From contig CBDBMC010000001.1 of the NCBI GenBank assembly GCA_965207095.1, positions 4,625,575-4,689,574 of the forward strand: DNA of 64,000 nucleotides, written 5' to 3'. Origin of the DNA: Candidatus Poribacteria bacterium. GTDB lineage: Bacteria; Poribacteria; WGA-4E; PCPOR2b. How positions within the stretch are numbered: the stretch's first letter is position 1; the number at the start of each line of letters is the position of its first letter. The translations under genes were made by a program, and so were the position numbers. Below, piece after piece: positions 20,085 to 30,483 of this stretch. The notes under the pieces are model-generated. The model was not told the DNA's origin and searched no databases. It saw only the letters and a program-made list of their open reading frames with translations.

Positions 20085-20193
20085 CCATAAATAAAACGAA
20101 GGCGACCCACAATGACCGAACATGTGTGGAGGATTGAGGCCGCGAAACAGGGCGTACAAAATATCGAATCCTATAGATACTGGGGGGCAAATT

Positions 20194-21678
20194 ATGTGCC
20201 ATCCAGCTCAGCGAGTTATTCTCTCGGTTTTGATGATGTGCCTACTCACCACTGCATCCGTGTGGGCGGATTATCAGGCGGGTATGGATGCTTATGAACA
20301 AGGGGATTACGAAACTGCATTACAAGAATTTGAACCACTCGCCGAGAGCGGGAACACGAAGGCTCAGTTTTATCTTGGGCGGATGTATGCAAGGGGCAAT
20401 GGCGTCCCTAAAGACGACGCGAAGGCGGCAAAACTATACAAGGAAGCCGCTGAGGGCGGTGATACTATAGCCCAATTTGTTCTTGGGATCTGGTATGAAG
20501 ATGGTAGAGGGCTGCCTAAGGATAAGGGAGAGGCAGTCAAGTGGTACTATAAAGCCGCTCAACAAGGTTCTGATCTGGCGCGGTATAAATTGAGCCGGAT
20601 GTTTGCCAGTAGCGCGAACATCCTTCAGAACGACGATGAGAAGACCAATCTATACAGAGTAGCCGCCGAACAGGGCTACGCCAAGGCACAGTTCCCTCTT
20701 GGCATGATGTATCAATACGGTTGGGGCATTCCGCAGGACGGCGGGGAAGCGATCAGATGGTTTCAAAGGGCCGCCGAACACAACAACCCTTTTGCCCAGT
20801 TTGAACTTAGCCTGAGATACAAATACGGTTGGAATGTCCCTCAAGATGATGAGGAGCAAAACAGATGGCACAGCGAAGCCTTGTCTCAATTCCATGTCCT
20901 GGCTTGGAATAAACAATTTGACCGGATGCTCCGCAATTACGAGGAAACCGCTCAAGAGATTGAAGAAACACTCGAATGGTATCGAACAGCCGCCGAACAC
21001 GGTTACGCCAAAGCACAGTTCCGCCTTGCCAAGCTGTATGAATACGGCTGGGGTGTTCCCCAAGATGACGAAAAGGCAGCTAGGTGGTATCGCGCAGCAG
21101 CAAAACAGGGTGATGTATATGCCCAGTTTGAACTCGGCGTGAGATATGAATATGGCTGGGGGGTTTCGACGAACAACGAGGAGGCAGCTAAATTCTACCG
21201 CAAAGCTGCCCAACAAGGCTACCCCCAAGCCCAGTACAGACTTGGCATGAAGTATAAATTCGGTAGAGGCGTTACAGCGAGCAATATTGAGGCAGTCAAA
21301 TGGCTTCTCAAGGCTGCTGAACAGGGCTATGCCGATGCCCAATATGCGCTTGCTCGGATGTATTACAGGGGTGAGGGTGTCCCTCAAAACTATAGCGAAG
21401 CAGTTAAATGGTTGCACCATGTCGTTCCACAATGCCATGCTCCCGCACAACTTTACCTTGGCTGGCTGTATGAAAATGGTCAGGGTGTCCCTCAAGACTA
21501 CGTAACCGCCCACATGTGGTACAATCTCGCTGGGGCACACGGTTACGAGAAAGCCCGCGAATACCGGGATCGAATTGCGGAGAAGATGACTCCCGCCCAA
21601 ATTGCTGAAGCCCAGCGTCGGGCGCGTGAATGGAAACCAGAGAAGACTGACTCACAGACAAACGCCAACGAGAAGTAG
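20194..21678 (+). CDS. Sel1-repeat (TPR-like) protein with signal peptide
   Basis: Signal peptide MCHPAQRVILSVLMMCLLTTASVWA followed by at least 10 Sel1 units (AQFxLGxMYxxGxGVPQDxxEAxKWYRKAAEQG). The overlapping minus-strand ORF 20650-21600 is a mirror artefact. Confidence 0.85.
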   Translation: MCHPAQRVILSVLMMCLLTTASVWADYQAGMDAYEQGDYETALQEFEPLAESGNTKAQFYLGRMYARGNGVPKDDAKAAKLYKEAAEGGDTIAQFVLGIWYEDGRGLPKDKGEAVKWYYKAAQQGSDLARYKLSRMFASSANILQNDDEKTNLYRVAAEQGYAKAQFPLGMMYQYGWGIPQDGGEAIRWFQRAAEHNNPFAQFELSLRYKYGWNVPQDDEEQNRWHSEALSQFHVLAWNKQFDRMLRNYEETAQEIEETLEWYRTAAEHGYAKAQFRLAKLYEYGWGVPQDDEKAARWYRAAAKQGDVYAQFELGVRYEYGWGVSTNNEEAAKFYRKAAQQGYPQAQYRLGMKYKFGRGVTASNIEAVKWLLKAAEQGYADAQYALARMYYRGEGVPQNYSEAVKWLHHVVPQCHAPAQLYLGWLYENGQGVPQDYVTAHMWYNLAGAHGYEKAREYRDRIAEKMTPAQIAEAQRRAREWKPEKTDSQTNANEK

Positions 21679-21691
21679 AAAGGAAGGTTGA

Positions 21692-22675
21692 ATGAAACGA
21701 GTCGCGAAGCCAGAAGGGAAATTTAACGTTGTTGTCGAAGACGCTCCGATGCCTGAACCGGGTGCTGGCGAGGTCCGTGTCAAAGCGGTGCGGAGTCTCA
21801 TCAGTCGCGGCTCAGAGATGGGAGGACGGTATACCCGCGAATATGCGGTCAACCCCGAAAGCATGGGGTATTCGCTGGCAGGCATCGTCGACGCTGTCGG
21901 TGATGATGTTGAACACTACGCTGTCGGCGACCGGGTCGTCGCTTCAGCGCCCCACGCACAATACACCGTCCGTCCAGTCCAGTTGAGCTCGCCCAACGAC
22001 CAAGCCCAAGTCGTCCCCATGCTACCGTCGGTGAATTTCGACCAAGCCCCCTACTATCCGTTGACCTCCGGTGCCGTATCTTGGATAGATATTGAGGATA
22101 TCCAACCTTATGATACGGTTGTCATTATCGGGCAAGGGTTGGTCGGCAGCCTCCTGATGCAGGTCGCAAAAGCGAATGGACGTGGGCGCATCATCACGGT
22201 GGATGCGCTTGATAGCCGATGCGCGCTCTCCGAGGAATTAGGAGCAGACGCCGTCATCAACGCTAGCGACGAGGATCCGGTCCGCGCCGTAAAAAAACTC
22301 ACCAACGGAGTCGGCGCGCACATTGTAGCGTACGCTGTCGGAGGACCAGCGGGACCGAAAGCATTTGATCAGGCGTTGGACATGGTAGCGGTCGGTGGGC
22401 TGCTGCATCTGATCGGCTTATACGAACATCAACCGTTGCCGCTCATGTCGGGTAAGATTCAGCGGCGGAAACTTCTGGGTGGCTATTATGGTCAGGTAGT
22501 GCCCGCTGGCGTTGCGCTGCGCGCGATGCAGCTGCTTGGTTCGGGCGCTATCCAAACGAAAAAAATGACGACCCATCGCTTCCCCTATACTGAGGCCGCT
22601 GCTGCATTTGACCTGCTCTACACCCGAATGAATGAGGCATTGGGTGTCCTACTGGATTGGGAAGTAGATGCTTGA
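21692..22675 (+). CDS. Medium-chain dehydrogenase/reductase (zinc-ADH-like) family oxidoreductase
   Basis: 327 aa. GroES-like N-terminal part and a Rossmann motif IIGQGLVGSLLMQVA. It lacks the full set of structural-zinc cysteines. Confidence 0.7.
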   Translation: MKRVAKPEGKFNVVVEDAPMPEPGAGEVRVKAVRSLISRGSEMGGRYTREYAVNPESMGYSLAGIVDAVGDDVEHYAVGDRVVASAPHAQYTVRPVQLSSPNDQAQVVPMLPSVNFDQAPYYPLTSGAVSWIDIEDIQPYDTVVIIGQGLVGSLLMQVAKANGRGRIITVDALDSRCALSEELGADAVINASDEDPVRAVKKLTNGVGAHIVAYAVGGPAGPKAFDQALDMVAVGGLLHLIGLYEHQPLPLMSGKIQRRKLLGGYYGQVVPAGVALRAMQLLGSGAIQTKKMTTHRFPYTEAAAAFDLLYTRMNEALGVLLDWEVDA

Positions 22676-22828
22676 TTATTCCTAAAAGTCCCATGGGATA
22701 TAATTTTCCATACGCTTTCTGAACCGTGAGATATGCCTATAGAGTGCGTGAAACGTAAAACGTGATGCGTGAATCCAAGGAAAATCGTCCATTAGTTCAA
22801 TGAACTTGTTGAGAGAGGAGAAATACCG

Positions 22829-24565
22829 ATGCCAAACAGTCACCGCCCTTCAGTACGGGGGAAACGTTATGTTGTCTCATCGCTTCACTATCTTGCAACG
22901 ATGGCGGGGGTTCGCATCCTCGAAAGCGGAGGCAACGCCGCCGACGCCGGTGTCGCAACCGGCATCTGTATCAATGTCCTGCAGCCTGGATCCGCTCAGT
23001 TTGGTGGCGTCGCACCGATTATTTACTGTCCTGCTTCGGGCGAACCCGTTGAAACGATTAGTGGCCTCGGACGCTGGCCCAAAGCTGCGACAATGGACTA
23101 CTTTCACCAACATCACAACGGCGATCTGCCCGCCGGAATCCTCCGCACGGTCATGCCCGCAGCACCCGATGGGTGGCTGACGGCACTTGCGCGATTCGGC
23201 ACGATGAGGTTTGAAGAGGTCATCCAACCCGCCTTAGACCTCGTCGAAAACGGGAGACCTGTGGATGATCAGTTTCACGGACTTGTGAGCGGAGATGGCA
23301 TCAGAAATTGCCCCACAACCGCCGCATCCTACAACCCCGGTGGGCATGTGCCACAAATTGGAGAGATCTTCGTCCAGAAAGACCTCGCAGAAACCTTCAA
23401 ACGGATGATCGAAGCCGAGCGCAAAGCAGGTGGAGATCGACACGCCGGTCTCCGTGCGGCACGGGACCTAATCTATAAGGGTGAAATCGCCCACGAAATC
23501 GCAGATTTCTATCGGGCGGAGGGTGGTTTGTTGACTTATGAGGATCTGGCGGCATTTTCGGTGCGCGTCGAGCCACCGGAGCATATTACCTACAAAGGGT
23601 ATGATGTGTACACGTGCGGTCCTTGGTGTCAAGGTCCCACGCTAAACATGGCGCTGAAAATTGTCGAGGGCTTTGATCTGAAGGGGATCGGACACAACAC
23701 CGCGGACTATCTCCATAGCGTGATTGAATCCCTTAAACTTGCCTTTGCAGACAGGCACGCATACTTCGGCGACCCCGATTTTGTGCAGGTGCCGATGGCG
23801 GGATTGTTAGATGGAAGATATGCTGCCGAGAGACGCGCAGCTATTGACCCACAGCACGCCACGCCCGATATGCCCGCCCCCGGCAATCCGTGGAGTTTCC
23901 ATCCGGAACCCCGTCGCGAAAATGGACCGTTCCCGAGTTTGAATCCGGATCGTCCCAAGCCGGAATACACATCAGAATGGGAGACAGATACCAGCTACAT
24001 CTGTGTCGTTGATGAAGCGGGCAACGCCTTTTCCGCGACACCGTCGGACGGCGTCGGCAGCACCCCAGTCGTTCCCGGCTTGGGCTTTGCAATCTCGTCG
24101 CGTGGCACACAGACGTGGCTTGACCCGGAACATCCGTGTTGCTTGCAGCCGTGGAAACGACCGCGACTCACGCCGAACCCTGCATTGGCCCTCAAAGACG
24201 GAAAACCGTTTATGCCGTTTGGCTGTCCCGGCGGTGATGCACAGGTCCAGGGAATGTTACAGGTTTTTCTGAATATCGTTGAGTTCGGGATGGAACCGCA
24301 GGAGGCTATCGAAGCGCCCCGTGCCATTACACATAGTTTTCCTAACTCGTTCTGGCCCCACGGTATTCAGCCGGGTGAGGTAACCGTTGAAGCGCGTGTT
24401 GAGCCACAGGTGCGAGAGATTTTAAGAGAACGCGGACATATCGTCCACGACAGCCAAGAGTGGGGATCGGTCAGTTGTGTCTGTGCGATCACAGTCGATC
24501 CGGATACCGGTGTTCGTGCCGGTGGGGCCGACCCAAGATCAACATCGTACGCAATCGGATGGTAG
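22829..24565 (+). CDS. ggt: Gamma-glutamyltransferase
   Basis: 578 aa. Architecture matches the GGT family, with the autoprocessing nucleophile Thr in the TSYICVVD context. The stop lies 3 nt before the hemY start. Confidence 0.8.
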   Translation: MPNSHRPSVRGKRYVVSSLHYLATMAGVRILESGGNAADAGVATGICINVLQPGSAQFGGVAPIIYCPASGEPVETISGLGRWPKAATMDYFHQHHNGDLPAGILRTVMPAAPDGWLTALARFGTMRFEEVIQPALDLVENGRPVDDQFHGLVSGDGIRNCPTTAASYNPGGHVPQIGEIFVQKDLAETFKRMIEAERKAGGDRHAGLRAARDLIYKGEIAHEIADFYRAEGGLLTYEDLAAFSVRVEPPEHITYKGYDVYTCGPWCQGPTLNMALKIVEGFDLKGIGHNTADYLHSVIESLKLAFADRHAYFGDPDFVQVPMAGLLDGRYAAERRAAIDPQHATPDMPAPGNPWSFHPEPRRENGPFPSLNPDRPKPEYTSEWETDTSYICVVDEAGNAFSATPSDGVGSTPVVPGLGFAISSRGTQTWLDPEHPCCLQPWKRPRLTPNPALALKDGKPFMPFGCPGGDAQVQGMLQVFLNIVEFGMEPQEAIEAPRAITHSFPNSFWPHGIQPGEVTVEARVEPQVREILRERGHIVHDSQEWGSVSCVCAITVDPDTGVRAGGADPRSTSYAIGW

Positions 24566-24568
24566 GAA

Positions 24569-26008
24569 ATGACAGACAGTTCAAGTCGAAAGCGGGCTAT
24601 TGTTATCGGTGGCGGAATTGCGGGCATGACGACCTGTTACCGTTTGGTCACTGAATCAGCCACGCGTGGTATTCCCCTCGACGTAAAACTGCTCGAAGCA
24701 GGGGATCGCGTCGGGGGTGCAATCCATACGTCGAAACAGGATGGCTTTATCATCGAACACGGTCCCGATGTTTTCATCTCCACAAAGCCGTGGGCAAAGG
24801 CTTTGTCCGAAGAGTTGGGGATCGCTGATCAGTTTCTCGGCACAAACCCGAAGGAACGCCGCAGCTTCGTGCTACGAAAAGGAAAGCTCTATCCCGTTCC
24901 CGATGGCTTCTACCTGATGGCACCGGCTTCCTTTATGCCCTTCGTGAAAACGCCCATCTTCAGTTGGGGCGGAAAACTGCGGATGGGTTTAGATTGGGTT
25001 ATACCCCGCCGTCGGGGCGATGAAGATGAATCGCTGGAAGGTTTCATCACACGACGGTTGGGAAAGGAGGCATTCACACGAATAGCACAGCCGATGATAG
25101 GTGGCATTTACACCGCTGATGGAAAAGACCTCAGCCTCAAGGCTACGATGCCGCAATTTCTTGAGATGGAAAAGAAACACCGCAGCATCATCAAAGCCTT
25201 AGTGGCACGCAAGAAAGAAACTCAAGGCGGGACAAGCGGCACAAGCGGTGCGCGCTACAGCCTGTTCCTCTCTTTCAAGGATGGGATGCAGACGCTGACC
25301 GATACCCTTGCCAAGCGTTTACCCGACGATTGCATCCGACTTGGAACAAAAGTCAGTTCTCTTGATTACCGAACCGAAGAGGAGAAATGGGACGTTCACC
25401 TCGTAAATGGGGAAAGGATGGAGAGCGATTTGGTCTGTGTCGCGCTCCCGGCACACCGTGCGGCAGGTTTGGTTAAAACACTTGCTCCGGTGCTGTCTGA
25501 GTCGCTTGGCTCTATTCCCTACGCTTCATCTGCCATTGTGAACCTCGCTTTTCGCCGCGCAGATATTGAACACCCTCTCAACGGAGCAGGCTTTGTTGTA
25601 CCCGCGGTTGAGGAACGCTCGATCATCGGCTGCACATTCAGCAGCGTCAAGTTTGAACAACGCGCTCCGGAAGATTATGCCCTGTTACGGGGGTATGTAG
25701 GCGGAGCGGGAAGCACGGGAGAGGCGTATTTCAATCGTTCAGAGTCGGAGATAGTCGAATCGGTGCTCAAAGAACTACACGGACTGCTGGGACTCAAAGG
25801 CGATCCACAGTTGAGCCTCGTGTACAAACACCCGAACGCAATGGCTCAATACCATCTGGGGCATCTAGATCTGGTCGCAGAAATTGAGGCACAGGCGAGA
25901 AAACTTCCCGGATTCGCACTCGCTGGAAACGCCTACCACGGCATCGGGATTCCGGACTGTATTAACAGCGGAGAGAGGGCGGCATCCCTTCTTTTGGAGC
26001 AAGGATGA
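24569..26008 (+). CDS. hemY: Protoporphyrinogen oxidase (HemY-type, FAD-dependent)
   Basis: 479 aa. N-terminal dinucleotide-binding motif AIVIGGGIAGMT. Overall PPOX layout, with C-terminal GNAYHGIGIPDCI. Confidence 0.8.
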   Translation: MTDSSSRKRAIVIGGGIAGMTTCYRLVTESATRGIPLDVKLLEAGDRVGGAIHTSKQDGFIIEHGPDVFISTKPWAKALSEELGIADQFLGTNPKERRSFVLRKGKLYPVPDGFYLMAPASFMPFVKTPIFSWGGKLRMGLDWVIPRRRGDEDESLEGFITRRLGKEAFTRIAQPMIGGIYTADGKDLSLKATMPQFLEMEKKHRSIIKALVARKKETQGGTSGTSGARYSLFLSFKDGMQTLTDTLAKRLPDDCIRLGTKVSSLDYRTEEEKWDVHLVNGERMESDLVCVALPAHRAAGLVKTLAPVLSESLGSIPYASSAIVNLAFRRADIEHPLNGAGFVVPAVEERSIIGCTFSSVKFEQRAPEDYALLRGYVGGAGSTGEAYFNRSESEIVESVLKELHGLLGLKGDPQLSLVYKHPNAMAQYHLGHLDLVAEIEAQARKLPGFALAGNAYHGIGIPDCINSGERAASLLLEQG

Positions 26009-27039
26009 AGATTATGTCGGCTTTTATGGTACGGATTGTATTGGTCTGCCTGCTCGTCGAGCTTGCTACTTCCAGCCTACAGGTAGACGCTGTTGACGAA
26101 ATAGATGAGGAATCGTTCTTCACCCCCAGCTATTTAAGCTACGACGACATCTATCGAGATTTCACGACAAAGAAGATGTGTAAGCGGTGTCACCCGGCAA
26201 TATGGCGCGAGTGGGAGCGATCGATGCACGCGAAAGCGTGGGAGGATCCGATCTACCAAGAAGCGGCAAGTAAGGTTCCAGATCGGGAGAAGACGTGCGA
26301 TCCATGTCATGCGCCCGAACCGATTCTTATCACGGGCATCGGCAAGATGCCGACGCTGCGAGCAGAAGATCGAGAGTACGGTGTCTCTTGCATCGTCTGC
26401 CATATCGACGCGCACGGCGCGATGCACGGTCCTCATAAGAGCACCAATCCGATGTATCATGCAAACGTGACTTCCGAAGCTCACGCCAAGCCGACTGAAC
26501 TGTGCGCTACCTGCCACGGTCAACCGAGTGTGCCGGAACACAACCAGGTTGATAGCTTTAGAAATAGCCCCGCTGCAGAAAAAGGGTTGAATTGTGCCAG
26601 CTGCCATATGCCTGCTGTCAAACGGACGTTAAGCGTCCACACCTACGAGACGGTTACCGTTCGGCGGCACACGTGGGCGGGCAGTCGTAGTGTGAGTAAA
26701 CTCAAGAGTGCTGCAAACCTGAAAATCGTCCGTGAGGAGGGCAAAGCAACCGTTCGTCTGACCAATAATGCGGGACATCTCCTTCCGGGTGAAGCCTTGC
26801 GAGCGATTATCCTTGATGTGAGAATCTCCGATGCCGGTGGGATAGTGATTCGCCATGAGCAAATTTTCATTTCGGAGGAATCGGATAAACCTGAACACAG
26901 TCGGATACACCCCGGCGAAACACGGGAATTTGTGTACACATTTAATGATACGGAGAAGATTGAAGCAAAGCTGCGTTATCGTCTAACACCTGCGACACCA
27001 GAAACCGACTGGGTCACGATGGCAGAGGCAAATCAATAG
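26005..27039 (+). CDS. Secreted pentaheme c-type cytochrome
   Basis: Signal peptide plus five CxxCH motifs (CKRCH, CDPCH, CIVCH, CATCH, CASCH), and a roughly 130-aa C-terminal beta-rich domain. Its start overlaps the hemY stop (ATGA). Confidence 0.75.
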   Translation: MKIMSAFMVRIVLVCLLVELATSSLQVDAVDEIDEESFFTPSYLSYDDIYRDFTTKKMCKRCHPAIWREWERSMHAKAWEDPIYQEAASKVPDREKTCDPCHAPEPILITGIGKMPTLRAEDREYGVSCIVCHIDAHGAMHGPHKSTNPMYHANVTSEAHAKPTELCATCHGQPSVPEHNQVDSFRNSPAAEKGLNCASCHMPAVKRTLSVHTYETVTVRRHTWAGSRSVSKLKSAANLKIVREEGKATVRLTNNAGHLLPGEALRAIILDVRISDAGGIVIRHEQIFISEESDKPEHSRIHPGETREFVYTFNDTEKIEAKLRYRLTPATPETDWVTMAEANQ

Positions 27040-27436
27040 GCTTATCATCGCTTCATGTCATACAAATATACTAACTTAGGTTGTTAGAGAATATCGAGGT
27101 CGAGCTGCTATACGCGACGCCCACTAAAAACAGCCAATAAACTGAGCGCCAAACTGTAGGGATCGGGTGCACTTAATCCGATGGGCGAGGGAACCTCGCT
27201 CCTACGATTGGGTATGTGTTTGTGCATTACCGACACATGTCGCCCCGCTGGGGCTTTTGTTACTAGGGGAGTCGCCCGTCTATAAACATGCCGCCCCTCT
27301 GGGGCTATGATGGCGCATGATAAATTGAAGTGTTAAGTTTCACAGTTCTCGTTCAACCCAACCTACGGGCTGTCAAATGTCAACACGCCGTAGCAGCTTA
27401 GGTTATACTAACAATCACAGGAGGTAAACCGACAAG

Positions 27437-27568
27437 ATGAGACTTTCAGAACGTCCCGTTCGACGTAGAGGTTCATGGAAGCGTGTTATAGGGTATGTTA
27501 TTTTGCTAGCAATAATTTTAGTAGTGATGTGGAAGATGTCAGCGATTGTCCGTTGGCTCCCCGTCTAA
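27437..27568 (+). CDS. Candidate small membrane protein (43 aa)
   Basis: ATG preceded by AGGAGGT at a 12-nt spacing. It encodes MRLSERPVRRRGSWKRVIGYVILLAIILVVMWKMSAIVRWLPV, a positively charged N-terminus followed by one TM helix. It is below the ORF-track length cutoff. Confidence 0.3.
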   Translation: MRLSERPVRRRGSWKRVIGYVILLAIILVVMWKMSAIVRWLPV

Positions 27569-27664
27569 CTGTTATGGCGGATTCACCCGATGAAGGTGGA
27601 TCCAAATCCAGACCATTCGTGAAACCCACCTGAATCACAATTTTAACACTAAGGATATATTACT

Positions 27665-29020
27665 ATGCTGAAACTAAAGAATAGATTAGCTTTTACAACC
27701 CTTATCACCCTTTGCAGTGTTATCGCTCTCGTTTGCGCGCAAACCGCTTCTGCCCAAGATAAACTCGTTATCATATCACCACACTGGGAAGGGATCGAAA
27801 CAGAGTTTGATACCGCGTTTAAGGCGTGGTACGTTAAAGAGACGAGCCGGGAAGTCACTGTAGATTGGCTAGATCAGGGCGGATCCTCTTCTGACTTCCG
27901 GTTCATTGAATCAGAATTCAAGCGGCTGCCCGAAGGTATTGGGATAGATCTCTTTTTCGGGGGCGGGACCGACAATTACCTCAAGCTCGCTAATAAGGGG
28001 TTGCTGGCTCCCTACAAACTGCCGGACGCGCATCTGGCACGGATCCCGAAAGAAATTTTTGGAATCCCTGTCTACGATCCAGAATACCGCTGGTACGGCG
28101 CGGCATTGTCAACTTTTGGGATCATGTATAATGAGCAGTTGCGTGCACTTTTTAACCTACCCGAGATTCAGACGTGGAACGATCTCACGCACCCGAAACT
28201 GATTAACCGTGTCGGTGCAGCAGATCCCCGTGAAAGTGGAAGTGCACATATGATGTACGAACTTATCCTACAAGGCTACGGGTGGGAGAAAGGGTTCGAG
28301 CTAATTACGCAGCTCGGCGCGAATGTGAGGGGCTTTTCGGCGGGGTCGAATGCAATTCCCCGAGATGTCGTTGCAGGGCAGGTAATCTACGGCATGGCAA
28401 TTGACTTTTATGCCTACGGGCAGATCGCTGTCATCGGAGCAGACAAGATTAAATATGTTGTGCCGCCTGATGCTGCTGTCGTCAGCCCTGATTCGATTGC
28501 TATCCTTAAGGGTGCCCCCAACATGGCGGTTGCACAGAAATTCCTTGATTTCGTTCTCTCAGATCAAGCCCAAAAACTGTGGGTGTTACGCGACACAGAT
28601 CCCGAGGGACCGAAGTGGAAAGGTGGGTTGAACCGGAGCAGCGTTGTTCCAGCACTGTATCATGAACTTGGGGATCGCAGCGTGGCTGCCAATCCGTTTG
28701 AGTTAGATCTGAACCCTATAGACTACGACGCGGTAAAAGGTGGGATACGGTGGGACATCGTGGGGGATCTCATTGGTGCACTTGTCATTGAGCCACACAA
28801 GGATCTGGTCAGCACATGGAAAGCTATTAACAAGAGCAAAGATCCGGAGAAACGCGCTGCCGCGATTCAGATTTTGGGTCAGGTTCCAATAACGGAAGCG
28901 GAAGCGCTGGAACTGTCTCAGGGGAGTTGGCAAGCACCGGATTTCCGAAACCAGAAGCTGAAGGAATGGAGAGCGTTTGCCAAAGAGAAGTTCAAGGAGG
29001 CGAAAAAAGCGGCGAAGTGA
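27665..29020 (+). CDS. ABC-transporter periplasmic solute-binding protein (family 1, iron/polyamine type), orphan
   Basis: 451 aa. Signal peptide MLKLKNRLAFTTLITLCSVIALVCAQTASA and two-lobe SBP architecture. No permease or ATPase gene is adjacent. Confidence 0.7.
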   Translation: MLKLKNRLAFTTLITLCSVIALVCAQTASAQDKLVIISPHWEGIETEFDTAFKAWYVKETSREVTVDWLDQGGSSSDFRFIESEFKRLPEGIGIDLFFGGGTDNYLKLANKGLLAPYKLPDAHLARIPKEIFGIPVYDPEYRWYGAALSTFGIMYNEQLRALFNLPEIQTWNDLTHPKLINRVGAADPRESGSAHMMYELILQGYGWEKGFELITQLGANVRGFSAGSNAIPRDVVAGQVIYGMAIDFYAYGQIAVIGADKIKYVVPPDAAVVSPDSIAILKGAPNMAVAQKFLDFVLSDQAQKLWVLRDTDPEGPKWKGGLNRSSVVPALYHELGDRSVAANPFELDLNPIDYDAVKGGIRWDIVGDLIGALVIEPHKDLVSTWKAINKSKDPEKRAAAIQILGQVPITEAEALELSQGSWQAPDFRNQKLKEWRAFAKEKFKEAKKAAK

Positions 29021-29301
29021 CGAAGGTATACCGACGTTTCTAGAGCGTTTTGACATTAATGTGGGGTGTGGTCGCAATTCGCCGATAAAATTCTAATCAT
29101 AGCACCAACCTCAACTTACTCAACAGGTTGGGAGACCCAACCCCTACGAATTCAACTCTGTGTTTCTAGGATGTCTGTTGTGCGCTGCCGGTTGTGAAAT
29201 ATGAAACGACCTAACAGAATCTAACACTTTTTCAAGAATCAAGGCGTCTAGTCGTTTTTTACGTGTCGCACCTCTGGGACTTTGGTGGTACATTTATCCC
29301 C

Positions 29302-30381
29302 TCAGGCCTCCCAAAGCAGATTGATCGCACTTGCCTTAATAATAAAATAACACACCGTCCCCTCCGCAAGTCCAAGCTGCTCACGGGCATCGCTCGTAAC
29401 CTCCACCGACAGCAGATGCCCCTCGATATCGACCGATAGCATCACACGCCCCGCTTGAACGGCAACCACCCGGATTGTCCCACGCAAAATATTCCGTGCA
29501 CTCATCCGTAGATCCGGATCCATCGCAACGATGATATCCCGTGCCCTGATGGCAATCGGCATCGTTGAACCGGGTTCTGTTTCCGTATACGACACCATCA
29601 GTCTCTGTTCTCCCAGTGCCAACTCCGTCACACCGCGCTCCTCCGACGCAACCACCACCGGTAAAGCGAGGATGTTCTCCACGCCCGTCATCTGAGCAAC
29701 AGGCAACGCTGCGGGAGAAGTCAATAGTTGGTGAGGTTCTCCACGCGCTGTAACCTGACCTTCGGAGAGTAAGAACGCTTCGTCTGCGAGTGCCATCACC
29801 TCTGAGATGGAATGGGTGACGTAGAGGATAGGGATGTCAAATGCCCCCTTGATGTGATAGAGGTAGGGCAGGATGCGGTTTTTCAAACCGGTATCCAGAG
29901 ATGTAAGCGGTTCGTCCATTAATAGCAGGCGTGGCGACATTCCCAAAGCGCGCGCAATAGCGACCCGCTGCCGTTGACCGCCGGAGAGTTGACTTGGATA
30001 CCGATCCAACAATTCCCCGATTTCAAGGATATCGATAATTGTATCCGTGTCAATCTGTGTTCCACTGTCGAGTCGCCGAGAACGACCGTAGGAGATATTT
30101 TGTCGAACCTTCAGGTGCGGAAAAAGATACCCTTCTTGAAAGACATATCCAAAATGACGTTTTTCCGGTGGTAGGCTCTTTTTCTGTTGGGAGGAATACA
30201 ACGTTTGATCGGACAACAGGAGTTCTCCCTCGTCGGGATGTAGGATGCCACTGATACAATTGAGCAGTGTACTTTTTCCGCTTCCCGACGGTCCCAGAAA
30301 TGCCGTTACTTTCTCGGTGATGGTGTGATCAATCTCAAGCTGAAAATTGCCAAGCTGCTTGCGAAAACTGAGCTTTAACAT
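29302..30381 (-). CDS. modC: Molybdate ABC transporter ATP-binding protein with C-terminal TOBE/MOP domain
   Basis: 359 aa. Walker A GPSGSGKST, ABC signature LSGGQRQR, Walker B LLLMDEP. The C-terminal roughly 120 aa resemble a TOBE domain. Confidence 0.85.
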   Translation of the reverse strand: MLKLSFRKQLGNFQLEIDHTITEKVTAFLGPSGSGKSTLLNCISGILHPDEGELLLSDQTLYSSQQKKSLPPEKRHFGYVFQEGYLFPHLKVRQNISYGRSRRLDSGTQIDTDTIIDILEIGELLDRYPSQLSGGQRQRVAIARALGMSPRLLLMDEPLTSLDTGLKNRILPYLYHIKGAFDIPILYVTHSISEVMALADEAFLLSEGQVTARGEPHQLLTSPAALPVAQMTGVENILALPVVVASEERGVTELALGEQRLMVSYTETEPGSTMPIAIRARDIIVAMDPDLRMSARNILRGTIRVVAVQAGRVMLSVDIEGHLLSVEVTSDAREQLGLAEGTVCYFIIKASAINLLWEA

Positions 30382-30483
30382 GGGCCGTAATCCTTAACAT
30401 TCATGTAAAGAAATCGTGCCGCAGAAACCGAGTTTTTTCTTAATAACCCGGTTTCTCTTTGTGCTTTGCGCTTTCTTTTGTAA

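Noticed and set aside
20650-21600. 316-aa minus-strand ORF antisense to the Sel1-repeat gene
   Set aside because: Low-complexity mirror of the repetitive Sel1 coding sequence, with no independent start signals. The plus-strand Sel1 protein is clearly the real gene.
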